A DNA stretch of 35,794 nucleotides from a virus. Its lineage: Duplodnaviria; Caudoviricetes. The notes under the pieces are model-generated. The model did no database searches, was not told the DNA's origin, and saw only the letters and a program-made list of their open reading frames with translations. Of this stretch, positions 1-8,511 are shown in pieces (the stretch's first letter is position 1; every line of letters begins with the position of its first letter). Made by a program: the position numbers and the translations under genes. The stretch is taken from positions 1 to 35,794 of IMG/VR virus record IMGVR_UViG_3300022832_000001, one strand, 5' to 3'.

Positions 1-127
1 ATTACAGGTTACAGATGATTACTCGATGTCTTTTTCCTTAGATAATGATATGATTTATGTTGGAGATTTAATTGAACTTAGAATTTCAGAAACTCCCGTT
101 CATAGATTGCAGAATTTATATTTAGTT
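1..127. repeat. Terminal direct repeat, copy 1 (circular assembly overlap)
   Basis: 1-127 is identical to 35668-35794, and an ORF reads across the join. Confidence 0.95.
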
Positions 128-160
128 CTGGCAGGAAAAGAGTTGCCTTTAGAATTATAA
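2..160 (+). CDS. 3' part of hypothetical protein that starts at 35456 and spans the circular junction
   Basis: Frame continues ...ETPVHRLQNLYLVLAGKELPLEL*, TAA at 158-160. Confidence 0.8.
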   Translation, partial: LQVTDDYSMSFSLDNDMIYVGDLIELRISETPVHRLQNLYLVLAGKELPLEL

Positions 161-175
161 ATATAGCATAGATTC

Positions 176-197
176 TAACTTGTATATATAAGAACCT
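176..197 (+). other. Trailer motif of cassette array 2 (attI-like half site)
   Basis: TAACTTGTATATATAAGAACCT matches 32527-32548 at 19/22. Confidence 0.6.
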
Positions 198-229
198 CTG
201 TTTATTAAAGAGCAAAATAATTATTAAAT

Positions 230-874
230 ATGAAACTAAAAAAATGTAAAGTTTGTAAAGAAAGTTTCGAGCCTAAGCAACTGTTTCAAATTTGCTGCGG
301 TTATAAGTGCGCTATAATACACGCTAAAGACCTTAAAAGGCTAAAAGATACTAGAGAGTGGAATGCAGAAAAGAAAGTCTTAAAAGATAAATTGACAACT
401 CCAGATAATTATAGAGCCAAAAACTTGCAACCCACTATAAATAAAATAGCTAGGTTTATAGATTATGGTTGCGCTTGTATTGCGACCGATAACTTTGGCA
501 AACTTGCTGGAGGTCATAATATTTCGGTTGGCGCAAATAGATCGACTGCATTAAATTTACATAACATTCACATTCAGAGTTTCGCCTCTAATAGTTTTAA
601 AGGTGGCGATACGATAAAATACCATAAAGGAATAGTAAAGCGTTACGGTAAAGAATATTTAGAGTTTATGGATAGCTTACATAAAACTCCTAAGATAAGT
701 TTAAGCTATAAAGAAATGGTTGTAATAAATACTAACGCTAAAAAGATTGCATTAACTTTATCTAAAAACTTAACTGAACTAAACCCGCAAGAAAGGATTA
801 ATTTAAGAAATCAAATTAATACAGACTTGGGTATTTATTCAAAAGAATTTTGTATATTTGATATAACGGATTAA
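230..874 (+). CDS. ninG: NinG/Rap-like recombination endonuclease
   Basis: N-terminal CxxC...CCxxxC, then AGGH and NLHNIHIQ pattern of the lambda NinG family. Confidence 0.75.
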   Translation: MKLKKCKVCKESFEPKQLFQICCGYKCAIIHAKDLKRLKDTREWNAEKKVLKDKLTTPDNYRAKNLQPTINKIARFIDYGCACIATDNFGKLAGGHNISVGANRSTALNLHNIHIQSFASNSFKGGDTIKYHKGIVKRYGKEYLEFMDSLHKTPKISLSYKEMVVINTNAKKIALTLSKNLTELNPQERINLRNQINTDLGIYSKEFCIFDITD

Positions 875-940
875 GGCACGTTTAACAATTTTATAAATTC
901 CCAACTAATTGAGCGCCTTAACTCTTTTTGTTGGGTTTTT
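853..940 (+). promoter_or_regulatory. TAnnTTTG box plus structured kissing-loop/terminator leader of the HNH gene
   Basis: TATATTTG 853-860; loop TTAAGGC 871-877 complementary to loop GCCTTAA 915-921 inside stem CCCAAC/GTTGGG followed by T5. Confidence 0.6.
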
Positions 941-946
941 AATTTT

Positions 947-1489
947 ATGGAAAATATAGAAGTTTGGAAAGATGTAGTAGGTTTTGAATCGCTTTACGAG
1001 GTAAGTAATATTGGTAATGTAAATAGAATTACTAAAAAAATTAAAATTAAAAACCACTTAGTTACATTTAATGGAAAACGTATGATTCCCTTAGATAATG
1101 GAATGGGTTATTTAAGATATAAACTATCTAAAAATGATAATTCAAAAAGATATATGGCGCATAGAATAGTTGCAGAGGCTTTTATTAAAAACCCAGAAGG
1201 GAAAAAATGTGTAAACCATAAAGACGGTAATAAAAAAAATAACGATCTTAGTAATTTAGAGTGGAATACGCACAGTGAAAATACAATTCACGCATTAAAA
1301 AACGGATTAATAGTTAGGCATAAGGGAGAGAATCACGCTATGGCAAAACTAAGCAACCACCAAGTTAAAGTGATTAGGAGGTTTAAAAAAATATATCCAA
1401 AAGTTACTTGTGCTTATATTTCAAAAAGATTTAAAGTTTCTGGTAGCGTAATACAAAGAATAATTAAAAATAAAACTTACAAAATTTAA
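947..1489 (+). CDS. NUMOD4-HNH homing-type endonuclease
   Basis: EVWKDVVGFESLYEVSNIGNV (NUMOD4); HRIVAEAFI...VNHKDGNKKNN..NLEW (HNH). Confidence 0.9.
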   Translation: MENIEVWKDVVGFESLYEVSNIGNVNRITKKIKIKNHLVTFNGKRMIPLDNGMGYLRYKLSKNDNSKRYMAHRIVAEAFIKNPEGKKCVNHKDGNKKNNDLSNLEWNTHSENTIHALKNGLIVRHKGENHAMAKLSNHQVKVIRRFKKIYPKVTCAYISKRFKVSGSVIQRIIKNKTYKI

Positions 1490-1490
1490 A

Positions 1491-1673
1491 GTGCTAGCAG
1501 AAGAAACAGAAATAGAAGTACACGCATTTCACAAAACAAAACCAACTATAAAAAAGTTAATGACTATTAAAAATTTTAAGAGTTGCCAAAGTCTAAAGAT
1601 TATATTTATAGAGCTTATCAAATTAATTTTAATAAAAGTATTGTTTAATAGTAAAAGTGTTGTATCTTTGTAA
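1491..1673 (+). CDS. Small hypothetical protein, possibly frameshifted near 1578
   Basis: GTG start; the called 3' end runs through a promoter, while the -1 frame (1580-1648) stops before the -7 box. Confidence 0.4.
   Translation: MLAEETEIEVHAFHKTKPTIKKLMTIKNFKSCQSLKIIFIELIKLILIKVLFNSKSVVSL
1635..1670 (+). promoter_or_regulatory. Bacteroidota sigma70-type promoter
   Basis: AAAGTATTGTTTAAT; TTG 1641 - N19 - TATCTTTG 1663. Confidence 0.75.
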
Positions 1674-1688
1674 AAACAAATATAAATT

Positions 1689-1841
1689 ATGAAAACAGAA
1701 AAAAATCCAAAAGGAGCGGGCAGACCTAGTAAAACTTACAAGCAAAAAAACCTACAAAAGAAAGTGCCTTTAGAAATGTTTAGAGAATGTATAGAGGCTT
1801 TGAATGTTATCTGCAAGGATTACGAGAAAAAACATTTATAA
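1689..1841 (+). CDS. 50-aa basic, probably DNA-binding protein (absent from ORF track)
   Basis: MKTEKNPKGAGRPSK...; AATTATG start right after the promoter; TAATG overlap with next gene. Confidence 0.7.
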   Translation: MKTEKNPKGAGRPSKTYKQKNLQKKVPLEMFRECIEALNVICKDYEKKHL

Positions 1842-2098
1842 TGTTACGCAACAAAAAACAAATAGCAGACTTCTTAAAGATAGGTTATGAAACGGTAAGA
1901 TCAAGAGTTAAATATCTAAACATAGAACACGTAGACAAGCAGTTTAAATTGGGCAGAATGTACAACGATAACCAAGTAAACGAAATAAGACTTTATAAAA
2001 ATAATCCTTTTATAACCAGCCACGATATTGTTTACGTAACAAGGCAAACAACAATACTACAAAGCAAATTAAACTTTTTAACTCTCGATCAATTATGA
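1841..2098 (+). CDS. HTH DNA-binding protein
   Basis: Likely start ATG 1841; KKQIADFLKIGYETVRSRV is HTH-like. Confidence 0.65.
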   Translation: MLRNKKQIADFLKIGYETVRSRVKYLNIEHVDKQFKLGRMYNDNQVNEIRLYKNNPFITSHDIVYVTRQTTILQSKLNFLTLDQL

Positions 2099-2168
2099 TA
2101 AAAGCGATATTAAAATTTAGAAACGATTACGCAAACTGGATTGAAAAATTAAACTTAAAAATAAAATT

Positions 2169-2567
2169 ATGAAAACACCAACTTTAGAAGAAGTCAAAGA
2201 ACATTTTAAAAACGCTAAACAAGTTAAATGTTTATCTAGCGATAGAATTTACGACTTGACTAAGATTAAAATAATTACAGATATACACGAATGGTACGGC
2301 GGTTATTGGATAGACGCAGAAGTTTCAGTAAAAAATATAAAAATTGTAGATGAATGTACTTTTGCAGAAATACTTGCTTACAAAGAACCATTAAAGCAAA
2401 CGGTAAAAGAATTACTAAAGGGTAGCGAGTTTGAAAATGAAGATTGGGCTTTTTCTTGTAAAGATTACTTTGAGGATAAAAAACATATTGAGTTTGATAA
2501 TAGAAAAATAAAACTAACGCAACAACAAGCAGAGGACATTATTGGTTACAAATTTGAAATAATCTAA
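2169..2567 (+). CDS. Hypothetical protein
   Basis: ORF with AAATTATG start context. Confidence 0.75.
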   Translation: MKTPTLEEVKEHFKNAKQVKCLSSDRIYDLTKIKIITDIHEWYGGYWIDAEVSVKNIKIVDECTFAEILAYKEPLKQTVKELLKGSEFENEDWAFSCKDYFEDKKHIEFDNRKIKLTQQQAEDIIGYKFEII

Positions 2568-2569
2568 CT

Positions 2570-2806
2570 ATGACAGCAAAAGAAAAAGCAAAGGATTTGT
2601 TTTATAAATTTAGACCGCTTGCTTATAAAGACGAAAGACAAGTTGGTTCTTGTAAAATAATCAAAGAAATGGAAAGAGCAAAGCAATTTGCCTTACTAGC
2701 GGTAAAAGAAATTTTAGAAAAAATACCTTACATTAATAACACACAAGAAGAATGTAATAAAAGGGTTTACTATATTGAAGTTTCAGAAGAAATAAGCAAA
2801 CTATAA
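2570..2806 (+). CDS. Hypothetical protein
   Basis: Tightly packed ORF, MTAKEKAKDL start. Confidence 0.75.
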   Translation: MTAKEKAKDLFYKFRPLAYKDERQVGSCKIIKEMERAKQFALLAVKEILEKIPYINNTQEECNKRVYYIEVSEEISKL

Positions 2807-2839
2807 AATCATATTTCTAACATAATAATATTTTTAACT

Positions 2840-2847
2840 TATATTTG
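2840..2847 (+). promoter_or_regulatory. -7 box upstream of sigma-like gene
   Basis: TATATTTG 20 nt before ATG 2868. Confidence 0.5.
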
Positions 2848-2867
2848 TATAACTTAATTTTATTACT

Positions 2868-3284
2868 ATGTTAGAAATTCTTTGTTTAAAACACGATTTG
2901 TGGGTAAAGATGGCAAGAGGTATTTGCAAAGATCACTTTCTAGCTGATGACATAGTAAGCGAAATGTATCTTAAGTTAAAAGACTACGACAAAGAACTAA
3001 ACGATTTTTATATTTATTTCACTTTAAAGTCTGTTTGGCTCGATTGGTTAAAGTCGGAGAATAAAAGAATGCATTGCGAATTAAGCGCAAACCTAGCAGC
3101 AGAAGAAGAAGAACAAGATACTATTTATAAAGTTCCCGATTGCTTAACTTGGAAAGAGCGAAAGATATTAATACTTCGATATGATAACTCACTAAGGGAA
3201 ATAGAACGACGCTACAAAATAAATTTCATGACAGTTAGTAGAATAGAGAAGAAAGCAAAAATTAAAGCAAATAAAAAGCCTTGA
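2868..3284 (+). CDS. Small sigma70/ECF-like RNA polymerase factor (putative late activator)
   Basis: Region-2-like LADDIVSEMYLKL and region-4 HTH LTWKERKILILRYDNSLREIERRYKINFMTV. Confidence 0.75.
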   Translation: MLEILCLKHDLWVKMARGICKDHFLADDIVSEMYLKLKDYDKELNDFYIYFTLKSVWLDWLKSENKRMHCELSANLAAEEEEQDTIYKVPDCLTWKERKILILRYDNSLREIERRYKINFMTVSRIEKKAKIKANKKP

Positions 3285-3332
3285 AACTAAGAATACATAA
3301 AAGCGTGTTTAGGCAATACTTTCTACCAATAA

Positions 3333-3357
3333 GTTACAATATTAAATATTCATCGTT
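3333..3357 (+). promoter_or_regulatory. Putative late promoter GTTACA-N14-TCGTT
   Basis: Exact motif and spacing shared with three other sites; precedes tRNA and terminase. Confidence 0.7.
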
Positions 3358-3387
3358 ATTAATGTGTAGTTTTTGCATGAATTAGAA

Positions 3388-3460
3388 ATGCGGTAATGTT
3401 CCAAGGTAGGCGACTTGGTCTCCAACACTGAGTGGGTAGGTTCGATCCCTACACCGTATG
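3388..3460 (+). tRNA. trnW: tRNA-Trp(CCA), atypical D arm
   Basis: Acceptor ATGCGGT/ACCGTAT, G discriminator, anticodon loop CT-CCA-AC (3420-3426), T arm GTAGG-TTCGATC-CCTAC; no encoded CCA end. Confidence 0.75.
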
Positions 3461-3491
3461 CAAATATCAATTAATTGATTTAAATTGAATT

Positions 3492-3773
3492 ATGGATAAT
3501 AGAAGAAATAATGGTGGAAATAAAACTAACGGAGGTCGCAAGAGTAAAGCAGAGGAGCAAAGTTTAATTGAAAAATTAACACCACTTGAGCCGTTAGCTT
3601 TTAAGGCGTTGTTAGATGCGTTAACAGAGGGTAAAGATTGGGCGGTTAAATTATTCTTTCAGTATAACTTTGGTATGCCTAAGCAAGTGATAGACCAACA
3701 CAATACTCACGAGGTTAATAATTTTAGTATAAAGGATTTATATGATAGCCAAACAGAAACCGATTTGGAATAG
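3492..3773 (+). CDS. Putative terminase small subunit
   Basis: Small, NGG/GRK-rich N-terminus, overlaps TerL start. Confidence 0.55.
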   Translation: MDNRRNNGGNKTNGGRKSKAEEQSLIEKLTPLEPLAFKALLDALTEGKDWAVKLFFQYNFGMPKQVIDQHNTHEVNNFSIKDLYDSQTETDLE

Positions 3774-4953
3774 TTTAAGTAACGATACTAGATACTTTGT
3801 TATTACTGGCGGGCGTGGTTCTGGCAAGTCATTTGAAGTAGGTAGGTTTACAAGTCTATTATCTTTTGAACCAGGGCATAAAATACTATACACTAGACAA
3901 ACAATGACTTCTGCACACTTGTCAGTTATACCAGAGTTTCAAGAGAAAATAGACTTACTTGGAATGAATAACGCGTTTGATGTAAACAAAACTGAGATAA
4001 AGAATAAGCAAACAAATAGCGAGATAATCTTTAGAGGTATTAAAACAAGTTCAGGCGACCAGACCGCAAACCTTAAATCGATTACGGGAGTTACTACTTG
4101 GGTGCTAGACGAGGCTGAGGAGTTGACAGATGAAAGTACTTTTGATAAGATAAACTTATCTATTAGAATTAAAAACAAACAGAATAGAATCATACTTATA
4201 TTAAATCCTGCAACAAAAGAGCATTGGATTTATAGAAAGTTCTTTGAAGAGTCGGGAGTAACGGAAGGCTTTAACGGAGTGAAAGGCAACACGACCTACA
4301 TACATACAACCTATCTAAACAACTTAGATAATCTTAACATAGATTTTATTAACGAAATAGAGTTAATCAAAGAAAACAACCCTAAGAAGTATGAGCATCA
4401 AATACTAGGTGGTTGGTTAGACAAAGCGGAAGGTGTTGTATTTACAAATTGGAAGTTTGGAGAGTTTGATACTACTCTACCTTATTCCTTTGGTGCGGAT
4501 TTTGGATTTAGTATTGACCCTAGCACATTAGTTAAAGTAGCAATAGACAGAAAGTTAAAAATAATATACGTTAAAGAATTGTTATACAAGCCAAAGTTAA
4601 CAACAAGCGAGTTGGCAATGATCTACAAACAAAATGTATCGGGCAAAGAATTAATAATTGCGGATAGTGCAGAGCCTAGACTAATAGAAGAAATACAGCG
4701 ATACGGATTTAACATACAGGCAACTGAAAAAGGCGCGGGAAGTATTAAAGCTGGTATTGAGTTAATGCGAGACTATCAGTTAATAATAGACAAAGAAAGC
4801 GTTAACGTCGCTAAGGAATTAAATAACTACGTTTACAGCGACAAAGCAAGTAGTTTGTTTGTGGATAATTGGAATCACGCAATCGACGCAATAAGATACA
4901 ATGTATTCTTTCACTTAAGTAACCCACATAGAGGAAAATTTGATATAAGATAA
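3742..4953 (+). CDS. terL: Terminase large subunit (PBSX/Terminase_3 type)
   Basis: Walker A GGRGSGKS, Walker B VLDEAEE, nuclease DFGFSIDP and NHAIDAIRY. Confidence 0.95.
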   Translation: MIAKQKPIWNSLSNDTRYFVITGGRGSGKSFEVGRFTSLLSFEPGHKILYTRQTMTSAHLSVIPEFQEKIDLLGMNNAFDVNKTEIKNKQTNSEIIFRGIKTSSGDQTANLKSITGVTTWVLDEAEELTDESTFDKINLSIRIKNKQNRIILILNPATKEHWIYRKFFEESGVTEGFNGVKGNTTYIHTTYLNNLDNLNIDFINEIELIKENNPKKYEHQILGGWLDKAEGVVFTNWKFGEFDTTLPYSFGADFGFSIDPSTLVKVAIDRKLKIIYVKELLYKPKLTTSELAMIYKQNVSGKELIIADSAEPRLIEEIQRYGFNIQATEKGAGSIKAGIELMRDYQLIIDKESVNVAKELNNYVYSDKASSLFVDNWNHAIDAIRYNVFFHLSNPHRGKFDIR

Positions 4954-4955
4954 TT

Positions 4956-5495
4956 ATGAAAATAAACATACCAGAAAATATTAGCGAGGTTACACTAGGG
5001 CAGTTCCAGAAATATATGGAGTTGCTAGAGCGCGACTTAGATATAATGAATTTTAACAAACGTAAAGTATCAATATTTACAAACATACCTCACAAGGATT
5101 TAGTTACTGTAAAAGCTATTGACTTTGAACGTATAAGTAAGCAAGTAGATATTGCTTTAAATACAGATGCACAATTTGAAGCAACCTTTAAATTAGATGG
5201 TTTAGAGTTTGGATTTATAAACGACTTTGAAGAAATTAGTTTAGGAGAGTTTGCGGACTTAGAGAAATACCAAACAAGCCAAAATGATTTACACAATCTA
5301 ATGGCTATACTATTCCGACCAATACGAAATAAAGCACACGGCAGGTACGAAATCGAAAGCTATAAAGGTACTGCGGAATATTCCGAGCGAATGAAATCGA
5401 TGCCTTTGAATATAGCTAATGGTGCGCTGGTTTTTTTTTTGAATTTAGCGAGCGAGTTAGAGGATTATACCCTGAGATATTCGAGCGCGGAATAA
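4956..5495 (+). CDS. Putative tail assembly chaperone (G-like)
   Basis: T10 slippery run at 5431-5440 near the 3' end, with open -1 frame into the next ORF. Confidence 0.6.
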   Translation: MKINIPENISEVTLGQFQKYMELLERDLDIMNFNKRKVSIFTNIPHKDLVTVKAIDFERISKQVDIALNTDAQFEATFKLDGLEFGFINDFEEISLGEFADLEKYQTSQNDLHNLMAILFRPIRNKAHGRYEIESYKGTAEYSERMKSMPLNIANGALVFFLNLASELEDYTLRYSSAE

Positions 5496-5509
5496 GCGAG
5501 GGTGAGGAT

Positions 5510-5707
5510 ATGGCGAACTACTTTAAAGATTGGGGTTGGTATCCTACTATAAAAAAACTAGCTAAAGACGACATCTTTGCGATTGACAAAGTAACCCAAC
5601 TAAGTTTGCATAAATGTTTATTATTTTTAAGTTGCGAGGTCGTGGAAAATAAAGCAATCATAAGCGCGCAAAATAAATCTAACGGTAAGCAAATAACCGA
5701 ATTGTAA
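5510..5707 (+). CDS. T-like extension reached by -1 frameshift
   Basis: Same frame is open from 5438 (FEFSERVRGLYPEIFERGISEGED-MANYF). Confidence 0.6.
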   Translation: MANYFKDWGWYPTIKKLAKDDIFAIDKVTQLSLHKCLLFLSCEVVENKAIISAQNKSNGKQITEL

Positions 5708-5727
5708 AATAAAGTATTGTTTAATAC

Positions 5728-5769
5728 ACCGCCTTTGCCTCTTAATAATGCACACTTAGGCGGTTTTTT
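5728..5769 (+). terminator. Intrinsic terminator-like hairpin with large loop
   Basis: ACCGCCT/AGGCGGT followed by T run. Confidence 0.6.
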
Positions 5770-5796
5770 CTAAAAGTAATTAATAAAAACAAAAAT

Positions 5797-5982
5797 ATGA
5801 AAAAAGTAAAAATTTATTATGAAAGCATTTTTATAAAAGAAATAGTTTATGACGAAATTCGTTCTGAGGCAATAGAAAGAGCTTGGATTTTTGGTAAAAA
5901 TAAAATGTCAGTAGCAATAGTTCCGTATCATTTTTTAATGATATTTGAAAACGAAAACGAAAAACAAGTAAAGGAATTGTAA
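5797..5982 (+). CDS. Hypothetical moron protein
   Basis: ORF with A-rich leader. Confidence 0.6.
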   Translation: MKKVKIYYESIFIKEIVYDEIRSEAIERAWIFGKNKMSVAIVPYHFLMIFENENEKQVKEL

Positions 5983-6005
5983 AATAAATTAAAAGTTTTT
6001 TAAAT

Positions 6006-6041
6006 AAAGTATTGTTTATTTAAATGTTGGTTGTATCTTTA
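6006..6041 (+). promoter_or_regulatory. Bacteroidota sigma70-type promoter (moron)
   Basis: AAAGTATTGTTTATT; TTG 6012 - N19 - TATCTTTA 6034. Confidence 0.65.
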
Positions 6042-6078
6042 CACCAGCAATAAAGCTAAACAAAAAAAAATAAAGATT

Positions 6079-6309
6079 ATGACAACTCAAGAAATTTACA
6101 AATTAGCAAACTTAGAAACTTTAATACCTACAACAATTAGATTAAAAGATAATTCTACTAAAGTTGTTATGATTCCTAAAAAAGAATTATGGTATGAAGA
6201 TAACGCATTTAGTGGTCATAAGTCTTCTTGTTTTAGATTAGACAAGCTACAAACGTCATTAGATAATAGAGGGTTGGTTTACAAAAGCGCTTTTTATCCG
6301 TTTATATAA
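6079..6309 (+). CDS. Hypothetical moron protein
   Basis: Likely start ATG 6079 (MTTQEIY) downstream of the promoter. Confidence 0.7.
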   Translation: MTTQEIYKLANLETLIPTTIRLKDNSTKVVMIPKKELWYEDNAFSGHKSSCFRLDKLQTSLDNRGLVYKSAFYPFI

Positions 6310-6310
6310 T

Positions 6311-6460
6311 ATGGAAGAGATAGAAGTTTCAGTAGGAGGAGAAAATTACACAGTTACAATTCAAGATGGTGTAATTGACGAAATACAACAAAACGGAATA
6401 AATTTAACAGAATTTTTTACAGATGAGGTTTATATGGAAATATTAGATTTATGTAAATAA
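6311..6460 (+). CDS. 49-aa highly acidic protein (absent from ORF track)
   Basis: MEEIEVSVGGENYTVTIQDGVIDEIQQNGINLTEFFTDEVYMEILDLCK; 12 D/E versus 1 K. Confidence 0.7.
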   Translation: MEEIEVSVGGENYTVTIQDGVIDEIQQNGINLTEFFTDEVYMEILDLCK

Positions 6461-6510
6461 CATTTGTATCTTTTTAATAATATTAGTCTTAGGAAAATTG
6501 TTATTGGCTT

Positions 6511-6539
6511 AAACCCTATTCATTGGAGTAGGGTTTTTT
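6511..6539 (+). terminator. Intrinsic terminator
   Basis: AAACCCTATTC/GAGTAGGGTTT plus T run. Confidence 0.8.
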
Positions 6540-6545
6540 GCTTTT

Positions 6546-6570
6546 GTTACATATTAGCAATGTTATCGTT
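6546..6570 (+). promoter_or_regulatory. Putative late promoter GTTACA-N14-TCGTT
   Basis: Motif; ATG 6579 follows after 8 nt. Confidence 0.7.
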
Positions 6571-6578
6571 TTACTTAT

Positions 6579-7037
6579 ATGAACGGATACAGCGAAATTT
6601 TACGATACATTAAGACTCTAGCCGAGCAGGATTATTTTATTAACACAATAACACAAGGCGACTTTGAAGACGTTGACATTAGTAAGAAAAATATATTTCC
6701 TCTGTTACATATTAGCATTGGCAACTGTTCTTTTCCTAGCGATAGTGTCATAAGATTTGACTGCCAAATTGGTGCGATGGATATTAGAGATATAAACAAA
6801 GAGATAACAACAGATAAATTTTACGAGAACGACAACGAAATAGATAATCTAAACGAAACTTTAGCTGTTGTAAATAGGTTATGGTTGTTGATGCTTAAAG
6901 ATTTTGAGGAGAACGATATCACCGCCAGCGAAAATCCTACCCTCGAACAGATGACAGAGAGTAAAAAGAATTTATTAGACGGTTGGGTTATGACATTTAC
7001 AATCGACGTGCCAAACATTTTGGTTTCGCTATGTTAA
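6579..7037 (+). CDS. Putative tail terminator/completion protein
   Basis: Acidic 152 aa, first gene of structural operon; function inferred from size and position. Confidence 0.45.
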   Translation: MNGYSEILRYIKTLAEQDYFINTITQGDFEDVDISKKNIFPLLHISIGNCSFPSDSVIRFDCQIGAMDIRDINKEITTDKFYENDNEIDNLNETLAVVNRLWLLMLKDFEENDITASENPTLEQMTESKKNLLDGWVMTFTIDVPNILVSLC

Positions 7038-7546
7038 CAGAACAAATATTAAATAAGTTTGGCGATAACGTTACTAAGAAAGCTAAGGCGATACTTGCAA
7101 AGCGTGATAAATTAGACACAGGAAAGTTAAGCGAAAGTTTAAAGTTCACGGTTAAGAAGTCAAAGAATAGTTTAGAGTTTACATTACTTGCAGAAGATTA
7201 CGCCACGTTCGTAGACAAAGGAGTTAAGGGCACAAAAGATAATTCAAGAGCGCCAGGCAGTCCGTTTCAATTTAAACAGGGTAAAGTTTCCGTACCTATC
7301 GCTCCAATATTAGGATGGGTAAAAAGAAAGAGATTTCAATTTAGAACTAAGCAGGGGCGTTTTATGAGTTTCAAGCAAATGGCATTTATAATTGGTAGGT
7401 CTATACATAGCAAAGGAATTAAAACAAGTAACTTTTTAACAAGTCCTTTTAACGATGAGTTCAAGAAGTTGCCTAAAGAATTAATAGAGGCTTACGGTTT
7501 AGATATGAGAGATTTATTAAAGACAAGTTTAAAAAATAACAAATGA
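7031..7546 (+). CDS. Putative neck/tail completion protein (HK97 gp10-like)
   Basis: Basic, DTGKLSESL and YATFVDKG motifs; likely start ATG 7031. Confidence 0.55.
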   Translation: MLTEQILNKFGDNVTKKAKAILAKRDKLDTGKLSESLKFTVKKSKNSLEFTLLAEDYATFVDKGVKGTKDNSRAPGSPFQFKQGKVSVPIAPILGWVKRKRFQFRTKQGRFMSFKQMAFIIGRSIHSKGIKTSNFLTSPFNDEFKKLPKELIEAYGLDMRDLLKTSLKNNK

Positions 7547-8070
7547 TTAAAACATTATCGCCATACTATATTGACATTCCTTTAACCAGTCCTAGCAATT
7601 CGCTAGTATGCACTTCTTATACGGTGCAGATATTTATCTGGCAAGGTAACATAACGGCTGTACCTAGTTTGTCCTCTTATCAAAAGACAAGGTTTAACCC
7701 AACGGGATCAAACGCAATTGATAGATTAGAGATTGGAAGAATAGTAAATGACTTTATAGACTTTGATATTACTATACCACCTTTTGCTGGTTTATACGAT
7801 AGCGATAACCAAGCTTGGGTTCGATTTCACGTTATCTACGATGTAGCACCAACTGTAATACAATTGCAGCAAACAAATTTAGCAATAAAGGGTTATGGTT
7901 ATTTTCAAGAAGGAGCGAATCCAACTATCCCAACTAATAAAATATTAGTAACACAAGATGAATACAAAGTGGACCGCAACGGGTTATTTATTTTACCAAT
8001 CAAAGTAGAGCAATCTATTACACCAGATTACAACGCAGACGACTACACAATTGATTATTTTATAGTTTAA
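7543..8070 (+). CDS. Virion structural protein (tail)
   Basis: Position; ends in DYxxxDYxxDY. Confidence 0.5.
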   Translation: MIKTLSPYYIDIPLTSPSNSLVCTSYTVQIFIWQGNITAVPSLSSYQKTRFNPTGSNAIDRLEIGRIVNDFIDFDITIPPFAGLYDSDNQAWVRFHVIYDVAPTVIQLQQTNLAIKGYGYFQEGANPTIPTNKILVTQDEYKVDRNGLFILPIKVEQSITPDYNADDYTIDYFIV

Positions 8071-8074
8071 TATT

Positions 8075-8509
8075 ATGGCAACACAAGCAGAAGTACAAGC
8101 AATTATAGATTTGAATTTAGCAAGTCAAAGCGATATTACAGCGACCGAACATAGAGTAGTTGAGACGGCTATATTGAATTTCATAGCACAAGAGGTTGCT
8201 AGTTTGCAAACACAAATTAACGCAATACAAGCAGCACCAGCAGCAAGTCCTTTCTTAAGAATAGCAAATTATTATATTGGTGATGTTGGAGGCTCTGATG
8301 TACTTAAAACGGTTACATTTCCAAATGTGGGAACTGACCAATACGAAGTGTTAGGCTCGTTAGTTCACGTTTCAGGAGTTTTTGGAGCAAACAATGATGT
8401 AATTTTTAGCATTAGAGAAAAAACAAGCACTTCATTTAAGCTAGCGTTACGAGAAGTAGACTCAGAAGTACAAAATATATCATTCGACTATGCACTTTTA
8501 CCCTTTTAA
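8075..8509 (+). CDS. Small fibre/appendage-like protein
   Basis: N-terminal helical/coiled-coil stretch, then beta-rich domain (TVTFP...KTSTSFKL...FDY). Confidence 0.45.
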   Translation: MATQAEVQAIIDLNLASQSDITATEHRVVETAILNFIAQEVASLQTQINAIQAAPAASPFLRIANYYIGDVGGSDVLKTVTFPNVGTDQYEVLGSLVHVSGVFGANNDVIFSIREKTSTSFKLALREVDSEVQNISFDYALLPF

Positions 8510-8511
8510 TT

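Noticed and set aside
5711-5769. Third kissing-loop leader
   Set aside because: Large-loop terminator before an ATG, but no -7 box and no upstream complementary loop; at most a remnant
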